32,000 nucleotides of DNA from Synechococcus elongatus PCC 6301 (GTDB taxonomy: Bacteria > Cyanobacteriota > Cyanobacteriia > Synechococcales > Synechococcaceae), in assembly GCF_000010065.1 (NCBI RefSeq), contig NC_006576.1, forward strand, positions 420,001 to 452,000, read 5' to 3'. The notes beneath the pieces were generated by a model, which was not told the DNA's origin, made no database searches, and saw nothing but the letters and a program-made list of their open reading frames with translations. The translations under genes were made by a program, and so were the position numbers. Within the stretch, counting starts at the first letter, position 1, and each line of letters starts with the position of its first letter. This document shows, piece after piece, positions 25,071-32,000 of the stretch.

Positions 25071-25727
25071 ATGAATCGTCTATTGCTGCTGAGTGGCCTT
25101 GTTGTCAGTAGTGCACTGACAGCAGTGACGATCGCTTCAGTGTTGTCCATCCCTGCTCGGGCAACACCGCCGGAATCCTCTGCGATCGCACAGGAAATGT
25201 GGCCGTGGCGTTCCGGTTTTCCCAACAGGATGGGTAACGCCGATCAACACTTCATCGTGATGATGATTCCGCACCACGAAGGCGCGATCGCCATGGCTGA
25301 TTTGGCGATTAGTCAAGCCAAGCACCCAGAACTCCAAGCCTTGGCCCGAGCGATTCAAACCAGCCAAACCCAAGAAGTTCGCGATATGCAGACTTGGTAC
25401 CGCCGGTGGTATGGCTCGACCGTACCAGACTGGGACGATCGCCGAGTGAGCAGTTGGCGCAACTCTGGTATGCCGAGCATCGGGATGGGCTGTGCCGGTA
25501 GAGCAGGTCTCGCGACTGATTTAATCGCTTTGCAGGCAGCCCCTGACTTCGATCGCGCTTTTATCGAAATGATGATCCCCCACCACGAAATGGGGGTGCG
25601 GATGGCTCAAATGGTCTTATTACGCAGCGATCGCCCAGAAATTCAACGACTGGCTCAGGCAATCATCACGGATCAGAATCAGGAGATTCGCCAGATGCAG
25701 CAGTGGTATCGCCAGTGGTATTCCTAG
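25071..25727 (+). CDS. DUF305 family secreted protein
   Basis: 'HFIVMMIPHHEGAIAMADLAI' and 'FIEMMIPHHEMGVRMAQM' repeated motif; signal peptide. Confidence 0.88.
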   Translation: MNRLLLLSGLVVSSALTAVTIASVLSIPARATPPESSAIAQEMWPWRSGFPNRMGNADQHFIVMMIPHHEGAIAMADLAISQAKHPELQALARAIQTSQTQEVRDMQTWYRRWYGSTVPDWDDRRVSSWRNSGMPSIGMGCAGRAGLATDLIALQAAPDFDRAFIEMMIPHHEMGVRMAQMVLLRSDRPEIQRLAQAIITDQNQEIRQMQQWYRQWYS

Positions 25728-25762
25728 GCTGCAGTCGGTTATGGATCGAGTGATTAAAAAAG

Positions 25763-25836
25763 TCGGGATGACAGGATTTGAACCTGCGGCATCCTGCTCC
25801 CAAAGCAGGCGCGCTACCAAGCTGCGCTACATCCCG
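25763..25836 (-). tRNA. tRNA-Pro (TGG)
   Basis: Minus strand CGGGATGTAGCGCAG...CTTTGGGAG...GGTTCAAATCC...CATCCCGA cloverleaf. Confidence 0.95.
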
Positions 25837-25917
25837 ATTTAGCCATTATACCGAGGGGATTGCACTTCCCAAACTTTCGCAAGTCGGTATGCTGCTGAAA
25901 AGCATAGCGACAGAATG

Positions 25918-26892
25918 ATGCGTATCTTAGTGACGGGCGGTGCCGGCTTCATTGGATCTCATCTCATCGATCGCCTCATGAGTGCAGGCCATGAAGTGAT
26001 TTGCCTGGATAACTATTTCACGGGCCGCAAGCACAATGTTGCCCAGTGGTATGGGCATCCGCGCTTTGAGCTGATCCGCCACGACATCACCGATCCGATT
26101 CGCCTAGAAGTCGATCAGATCTACCATCTCGCCTGTCCTGCCTCGCCGGTCCACTACCAATACAACCCGATCAAAACGGCGAAGACGAGCTTCCTCGGGA
26201 CGGTTAACATGCTAGGGCTGGCCAAGCGCGTCAAAGCTCGACTACTGATGGCCTCAACTTCAGAAGTCTATGGCGACCCCCACGTCCACCCGCAGACTGA
26301 AGATTACTGGGGCAATGTCAATCCGATCGGGATTCGTTCCTGCTACGACGAGGGTAAGCGGGTCGCTGAAACCCTCTGCTTTGACTATCACCGTCAGCAC
26401 AACCTAGAAATTCGGGTCGCGCGGATTTTCAACATCTATGGCCCGCGTATGTTGGAAAACGATGGCCGTGTGGTCAGTAATTTCATCGTGCAAGCGCTGC
26501 AGGGCCAGCCGCTGACGGTCTATGGCAGGGGCGAGCAAACTCGCAGCTTCTGCTACGTCTCAGATTTGGTGGATGGGCTGATTCGCCTGATGAATGGCGA
26601 TCATCTAGGGCCGGTCAATCTGGGTAATCCGAGCGAGTATACGATTCTGCAGCTAGCGGAGCTGATCCGCGATCGCATTGATCCAGCCCTACCAATTGAG
26701 TTCCGGCCGCTGCCCCAGGACGATCCGCAACAGCGACGGCCCGATATTAGCCGTGCCCAAGCTTGGCTGAAGTGGCAACCGTTGGTGTCAGTCCAGGACG
26801 GCTTAGATCGCACGATCGCCGATTTCCGCGATCGCCAACAGGCTGCCGCGACCCTGATCGCTGACCGCCTTCCCGAAGGGAGCATTAGCTAG
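25918..26892 (+). CDS. UDP-glucuronate decarboxylase-like SDR (UXS family)
   Basis: '[19 protein letters not shown]', '[20 protein letters not shown]', '[12 protein letters not shown]', '[14 protein letters not shown]'. Confidence 0.92.
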   Translation: MRILVTGGAGFIGSHLIDRLMSAGHEVICLDNYFTGRKHNVAQWYGHPRFELIRHDITDPIRLEVDQIYHLACPASPVHYQYNPIKTAKTSFLGTVNMLGLAKRVKARLLMASTSEVYGDPHVHPQTEDYWGNVNPIGIRSCYDEGKRVAETLCFDYHRQHNLEIRVARIFNIYGPRMLENDGRVVSNFIVQALQGQPLTVYGRGEQTRSFCYVSDLVDGLIRLMNGDHLGPVNLGNPSEYTILQLAELIRDRIDPALPIEFRPLPQDDPQQRRPDISRAQAWLKWQPLVSVQDGLDRTIADFRDRQQAAATLIADRLPEGSIS

Positions 26893-28110
26893 CTATCCGC
26901 CTTTTGGTCCTCCCTTGGCTAAGCGATCGCCTGTTTGGAATGGGGGAGGGGAGGTTGGCTCTGTTTCTAGAGCATCAGACATATTCAAAACCGCTAGGCA
27001 AGCCTCCACTACCCTCGGGTCGTAGAGACGCCCACTGTTGTTCTTAATTTCGGCGATTGCCACTCCTAACCCCAACCCAGGCCGGTAGGGGCGGTGGCTG
27101 ATCATGGCATCAATCACATCAGCCACTGCGATAATGCGAGCGGCCAGCAAAATCTGTTTGCCGCGCAGCTGCCGTGGATAGCCCGAACCATCCAGTCGCT
27201 CATGGTGCTGCATAGCAATCTCTGCCACCGGCCATGGAAACTGGATGCTTTTGAGAATGTCGTAGCACGCTTGGGGATGCAGCTTAATCAACTCGTACTC
27301 AATCGGATCTAAACAACCCGGTTTAGAGAGGATTTCAGCGGGCACGCGAATCTTGCCGACATCGTGCAGGAGTCCTGCCACATGGATGCCACGGATGCAG
27401 TTCTCATCTAGGCCCAATTGCCGAGCGATCGCCTGGGCTAATTGAGCAACTTGGTTCTCATGGCCTTGGGTATAAGGATCGCGCAGTTCAACCATCTGCA
27501 CGATCGCCTGAATGGTCTGGTCAAGCAGGCGATCTTGAATGGCAAGGCTACGGCGGCTACTCAAGCCATAGGCCAACAATTGGGCAACTTGGGCCAAAAG
27601 CTCCTGCTCAAGTGGGGGAAAAGCATCGGGCTGTGTACTGTAAATATTGAGGGCTCCTAAAGTACGAACACCCTGCTTAAGAGGCAAGGAAATACTGGTT
27701 TTGATCTGATAGTGAGTGGCAATTTCTTGCCATGGAGCCAAGCTGGATTGCTCCGCTTGCCAATCGGCAATTTGAATCTGTCCAGTTTTGATTGCTTGCC
27801 CAGTTGGCCCCTGCCCAGTTGCTTGGTCATCCCAAGTAATTTGTAGGCTGTCGACGTAGGACTGCAGTCTGCCAAAGCTTGCAAAGGGGCGGAGACTTTC
27901 ATGGGGATTAAAGCTATTGAGCGTCACCCAAGCGTGGGCATAGCCAGCTTCAACCACACAGAGACGACAAAACTCAGCCAGAAACTCTCGTTCTCCTGAA
28001 GCCCTGACCAAGGCCTCATTGCAAGCTTTCAGGGTCAAGAGTGCATGCTCCGAGCGATCGATTAGCATCGATTGCAGCTGTAACTCTTGTTGCAGTTCTT
28101 CAGGGCTCAT
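26893..28110 (-). CDS. GAF-HD-GYP domain protein
   Basis: 'HVAGLLHDVGKIRVP', 'HHERLDGSGYPRQLRG'; N-terminal GAF-like region. Confidence 0.9.
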   Translation of the reverse strand: MSPEELQQELQLQSMLIDRSEHALLTLKACNEALVRASGEREFLAEFCRLCVVEAGYAHAWVTLNSFNPHESLRPFASFGRLQSYVDSLQITWDDQATGQGPTGQAIKTGQIQIADWQAEQSSLAPWQEIATHYQIKTSISLPLKQGVRTLGALNIYSTQPDAFPPLEQELLAQVAQLLAYGLSSRRSLAIQDRLLDQTIQAIVQMVELRDPYTQGHENQVAQLAQAIARQLGLDENCIRGIHVAGLLHDVGKIRVPAEILSKPGCLDPIEYELIKLHPQACYDILKSIQFPWPVAEIAMQHHERLDGSGYPRQLRGKQILLAARIIAVADVIDAMISHRPYRPGLGLGVAIAEIKNNSGRLYDPRVVEACLAVLNMSDALETEPTSPPPFQTGDRLAKGGPKGG

Positions 28111-28526
28111 ATCACTGAAGATTTCCCGTCAATCTCTGATTTGTTAACTCTGGAGTAACAGAATGAAATCTAAACTAAGGAAAATTGCATAAATTAAAAG
28201 CCAGCTTAGAGTCTGTATTCCTGAATGCATCCTCGTTCACTTACGCTACTGAGGTTGCTTAAAGAATTTTCTCCACTTAACTGTTTATTAACAACAAAAT
28301 CGGGTGAGTGTCAGCTCTGGGTTCAGCCACGGCGTCGAACTCCCAAGGTTGCCGCTAGCCGATCGTCGCTTGAGCTACGACTCAACTGCCAGCGATCACA
28401 CGTTGGATGATGATTGCAAAAATCTGGCGCCTATTTCTTGTTCGCACCGATTACTCGCTTGGATGTCTGACTGCTAGCTAGGCTGCTGAGCAGTTCAGAT
28501 GGCTTACCAGAGAGGAACAGTCGTCC

Positions 28527-29234
28527 ATGGTCTCCTGTCCTGGCTTCAACCTTCCCAAAAATCCTCGGCGTCGTGATCTCGTTCAGTTGGCTCAGGCTTG
28601 GGGCTGGACAATTGAACCGGCGGGCTACGAGCAACTGAAAGCCACACGTCCAGGCTGGTCTTCGGTGTCAATCACAGGTCACCATGACCACAAACCCATT
28701 CCCAAAGGCACTGCCAATAAAATCTATCGACAGTTGCTGCGGCCCCTGCTTGAACCTTCAGCTGCAACGCCTGACTTACAGACCCAAGTGGCTGTTCTAG
28801 CGCAGCAGCTAGAGGCAGCCGGTCAAGAGCGGGATGAATGGGCGGCTCAGTGCCAGCACTACCGGCAGGTTGTTGAACAAGCTGATCTCGACCAAGAAGC
28901 AGCCGAGCAACTCTTGCTAGAGATTGAACAACGAAACCATCGGCTAGTGAGCGAACGACATTGGCTCAGTAAACGGCTGCGCAAACTGGGATCACAGCTC
29001 CAGAAAGCCCAGCGTCAGGCGAGGGTTGCCCTAGAGCAGTTGCGCTGGCTACATGGTCAGAATCAGTTACTGCAAGCAGATTTGAAAATGTCTGTGGCAT
29101 CTATTGAGCAAGTCGAAGCGATCGCTCTCCGGGCGCAAGCACTGCGATCGCAAGGCGCACCGTCCGATCAATGTCTGGCGCAACTCTTGGGGCAACTGCA
29201 CCAAGTTTTAGGGCTCTCGGAACCGCAGGCGTAA
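28527..29234 (+). CDS. HicA-like fold N-terminus fused to long coiled coil
   Basis: '[16 protein letters not shown]...[26 protein letters not shown]' resembles the HicA/YcfA pattern; rest is Q/E/L-rich coiled coil. Confidence 0.55.
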   Translation: MVSCPGFNLPKNPRRRDLVQLAQAWGWTIEPAGYEQLKATRPGWSSVSITGHHDHKPIPKGTANKIYRQLLRPLLEPSAATPDLQTQVAVLAQQLEAAGQERDEWAAQCQHYRQVVEQADLDQEAAEQLLLEIEQRNHRLVSERHWLSKRLRKLGSQLQKAQRQARVALEQLRWLHGQNQLLQADLKMSVASIEQVEAIALRAQALRSQGAPSDQCLAQLLGQLHQVLGLSEPQA

Positions 29235-29332
29235 GGATCACAGTCTCTAGGGACGCATCCTCAACGCATGACAAGCAGGCGAATGGCTCATGTCAGACTA
29301 GGGAGCGACAGAGTTGTTTTCCGTTGCAGCCC

Positions 29333-29590
29333 ATGGTCACGCCCGAACAAGTAGAGTCAATGATCTGTGCCCAAATTCCCGATGCACAGGTGATGGTGAA
29401 CGACCTGACCGGGGGAGGCGACCACCTACAAGTGACGGTTGTTTCGTCTGCTTTTGCTGGTAAAAGTCTCATTAAGCAGCATCAGCTGGTCTATGGAGCG
29501 GTTCAAGCCGCAATGTCAACGGAGGCGATTCACGCGCTAGCGCTGAAGACCTATACCCCCGATCGCTGGCTGAATGAAGCACAGGGCTAA
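29333..29590 (+). CDS. BolA family protein
   Basis: '[40 protein letters not shown]'; start at ATG 29333. Confidence 0.92.
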   Translation: MVTPEQVESMICAQIPDAQVMVNDLTGGGDHLQVTVVSSAFAGKSLIKQHQLVYGAVQAAMSTEAIHALALKTYTPDRWLNEAQG

Positions 29591-29638
29591 CCTGTCCTTC
29601 GTTAGTATTGTCTACCCCTCTGACGATTGAGATTGATG

Positions 29639-29962
29639 ATGACTCCTGAACTCCAAGAACGCCTGACTAGCATCATTAATGGCGACAAGATTGTTGTCTT
29701 TATGAAAGGCAATAAGCTGATGCCCCAGTGCGGCTTTTCCAACAACGTTGTTCAAATCTTGAATATCCTGGGCGTGCCCTTCACCACCGTTGATGTCTTG
29801 GCAGACTACGACATTCGCCAAGGGATTAAAGAGTTTTCGAATTGGCCGACCATTCCCCAGGTCTACGTCAACGGGGAATTTATCGGCGGCTCTGATATTT
29901 TGATTGAGCTCTATCAGAATGGTGAACTGCAGCAGATGCTAGAGGTTGCCCTCGCCTCCTAG
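29639..29962 (+). CDS. grxD: Grx4-type monothiol glutaredoxin
   Basis: '[23 protein letters not shown]...[20 protein letters not shown]'. Confidence 0.93.
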   Translation: MTPELQERLTSIINGDKIVVFMKGNKLMPQCGFSNNVVQILNILGVPFTTVDVLADYDIRQGIKEFSNWPTIPQVYVNGEFIGGSDILIELYQNGELQQMLEVALAS

Positions 29963-30029
29963 TCCTGCACCTGAGTAGGATACGCCTCTTGGCAGTGACC
30001 GGCATCAGTGCTACATTGGTAACTTGTCA

Positions 30030-30103
30030 CGGGGCGTAGCGCAGCTTGGTAGCGCACCACTTTGGGGTAGTGGGGGTCGTGGGTTCAAATCCCGCCGCTC
30101 CGA
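30030..30103 (+). tRNA. tRNA-Pro (GGG)
   Basis: CGGGGCGTAGCGCAG...CCACTTTGGGGTAGTGG...GGGTTCAAATCCC..CGCTCCGA cloverleaf. Confidence 0.93.
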
Positions 30104-30130
30104 TTGAATCGGAATCACTCCAACATCACG

Positions 30131-30169
30131 ATCAGGATGATTGAGTTCTCAGTCATCCTGATATTTTTT
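30131..30169 (+). terminator. Rho-independent terminator downstream of tRNA-Pro
   Basis: ATCAGGATGA...TCATCCTGAT stem with inner TGAG/CTCA, followed by ATTTTTT. Confidence 0.75.
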
Positions 30170-30349
30170 GTCTGCATAGCAGGTAGTGGGTTAGATGGGA
30201 CTGTTCCACAATGCCAAAAAGTCCTGCTATTCCCCTCTCCCTTCTCTCGAGGGTAGAAGAGCAACCGTTGGCTTGGAGGCGTGCTGCATCTTGATTGAAT
30301 CGCCCGAGGGCAGTTGCACACAGCCCCTAGTTGGCAGTTGACCTGACCC

Positions 30350-31381
30350 CTAGAGCGAGAGCCGCGATCGCTGGTAGCGCGCTCCCCCGATCGCTGTCGC
30401 TTCAGCAGTCTTCTGATTCCAGATCAGGCGATTGGCTTGGAGGCGCGCTTGATCCTTCGCGGAGAAGCTTTCGGCGTTGCCTTCTAGTTGAATCAACTGG
30501 GCATTGAGATTGGCCTGCCCGCGATCGCCCCGAACTGTGGTCTGCTCAGCTGGGTAGAAGCCCTGGACCGCGACCGGGCTGTCGACCAAGTTTTGAGGTA
30601 GATTCCAGCGCAAATCTTCACCCCGCAACTGGGCAACGGGATCCAGAGCATCGACCTCCACCTGCTGCTGCAGAATCAAAATTTGTGGATCGAGGAGAAG
30701 TTCCCCCCGTTGCGATCGCCCTTGTCCCTTGAGCTGACTGCGATCGCGGCGTTCAGCCTGGAGCGGATTGGGGGCCAGCAAGCGTTTCTCAGCTAAGAGC
30801 CAGCGGGGCGAGCTGGTTCGTAACTCCGACAGAATCTCCCCTTGCTTAAGGGTCGCTACCATCGGCCCGATCAATTCCAACTGTTGCTGACGGACATCAA
30901 ACCGGCCTTCTTTGCCCTTGAGCACCACATCGCGATAGGTACCAATGACGTTGCGTCTGAGATCAAAGGTTTGCTGATTGGGCCGCCACTCCAGCTCCTC
31001 ACCCTTGAGAACCGCCCCCGGTGCCTGTTTTTGGCGAGCGATGACATTGCCACTGATGCGAATGATCTCGGCGTTTTCGCCCTCAATCGAGCCGCGATCG
31101 CCATCGATTTCGTAGAGCACCTTGCCGCTTTCATCGTAGAGAAAGCCGAGGGGCTTGGTTAGCTGCGCCGCACTTTTGTCGCTGTTATAGACAATCTGAG
31201 GAGTCCGCAGTTCCCAAGCAGGCTTGCCGGTGGGATTGGCCTGCCGCAGGGTAAAGTCCGTGAAACTGAGATCGGGTCGTTCAGCGCGTGGAGGCGCTGG
31301 CGGGGGCTCTTGGCAGGCCGTTAGCCCCAAACTGAGGGCTAACAGTAATGCAGACCAAAGCTGGCCCGATCGAAGCGTCAT
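30350..31381 (-). CDS. LptC-like LPS export periplasmic/lipoprotein component
   Basis: Lipobox 'LGLTACQE' and beta-rich 'IDGDRGSIEGENAEIIRISGNVIARQKQ...LKGEELEWRPNQQTFDL'. Confidence 0.75.
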   Translation of the reverse strand: MTLRSGQLWSALLLALSLGLTACQEPPPAPPRAERPDLSFTDFTLRQANPTGKPAWELRTPQIVYNSDKSAAQLTKPLGFLYDESGKVLYEIDGDRGSIEGENAEIIRISGNVIARQKQAPGAVLKGEELEWRPNQQTFDLRRNVIGTYRDVVLKGKEGRFDVRQQQLELIGPMVATLKQGEILSELRTSSPRWLLAEKRLLAPNPLQAERRDRSQLKGQGRSQRGELLLDPQILILQQQVEVDALDPVAQLRGEDLRWNLPQNLVDSPVAVQGFYPAEQTTVRGDRGQANLNAQLIQLEGNAESFSAKDQARLQANRLIWNQKTAEATAIGGARYQRSRLSL

Positions 31382-31603
31382 CTCAAATCTCCGAGAAACC
31401 CCTGCCTCCAAGGAGGGCGGGATAGGCGCGTCTGTTACCGCCAACCCAGCGTAGCGCTAAAGAGTCGAGGGCGATCTGGCAATTTCAAGAACTGCGATCG
31501 GAGCGATCGCCCAAGACAAGAAGCCTGCAGGATTCAACCTGCACCAGTCCAAGATACAGGCCGGAGGCTGAATAGATTCACAATTAGGCCTCCGAGTGCT
31601 GCT

Positions 31604-31966
31604 TCAGGACGGGTTTACACTCTCGGGGGGCACTGCAACCGACCGGCTGTAAGGCTGACGTGGGAGCTTTTGAATGCTCGCTTTCAGGCTTTCGAGATCG
31701 ATGTAGCGATCGGCAACATTGATCAAGTTATCGCTGGTCATCGATCGCAGGCTGACGACTTCTACCCGCACGCCGCGATAGCCTACCACTTCCACCGCGT
31801 AGGCGAGATCTCCGTCGCCACTGACCAGCACCGCCGTGTCGTAGGTGCCGGCCAAGGCCAACATATCAACAGCGATTTCAACATCCAAGTTGGCTTTTTT
31901 TGTGCCGTCGGGCAGCTGGATCAAATCCTTCGCCACAACGCGATAGCCGTTACGACGCATCCACAA
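31604..31966 (-). CDS. NYN-domain LabA-like protein (5' part missing at window edge)
   Basis: 'KKANLDVEIAVDMLALAGTYDTAVLVSGDGDLAYAVEVV...ADRYIDLESL'; ORF runs toward window end. Confidence 0.8.
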   Translation of the reverse strand: MWMRRNGYRVVAKDLIQLPDGTKKANLDVEIAVDMLALAGTYDTAVLVSGDGDLAYAVEVVGYRGVRVEVVSLRSMTSDNLINVADRYIDLESLKASIQKLPRQPYSRSVAVPPESVNPS

Positions 31967-32000
31967 CAGAAAGCCCTGTTGCTTCTCGTTGCTTCGATCC

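Noticed and set aside
29171-29332. N-terminal extension of the BolA ORF
   Set aside because: No similarity to BolA and low plausibility; internal ATG at 29333 gives the expected length.
1-32000. CRISPR array or retron/reverse transcriptase
   Set aside because: No regularly spaced direct repeats and no Cas or RT motifs in the translated ORFs.

Overview
Cyanobacterial chromosome window (Synechococcus elongatus-like; the HIP1 palindrome GCGATCGC recurs throughout). Most of it is ordinary: degenerate XisF-like serine recombinase, MFS and YdcZ transporters, SDR/MarR divergent pair, GAF-PAS-GGDEF-EAL protein, AddA/AddB-like exonuclease pair, two overlapping GTPases, RlpA-like protein, PanC/Cmk fusion, DUF305 protein, tRNA-Pro x2, UXS-like SDR, GAF-HD-GYP, BolA, Grx4, LptC-like and a LabA/NYN protein cut by the window edge. 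The most interesting region is an AT-rich, HIP1-poor island at about 1508-4329. It is bounded by an 82-bp imperfect direct repeat. It contains the N-terminal remnant of an integron-type tyrosine recombinase, two attC-like folded sites, two tRNA/tmRNA 3'-end-like fragments, a possible small membrane protein, and a 474-aa orphan protein with a PD-(D/E)XK-like nuclease signature. The nuclease-like gene lies exactly between the two attC-like sites: the start-side core (GTTAGGT) and end-side R'' (ACCTAAC) are perfect reverse complements, as expected for an excisable gene cassette. I propose a relic integron carrying a candidate defence nuclease cassette. This is inference and needs covariance-model and homology searches.
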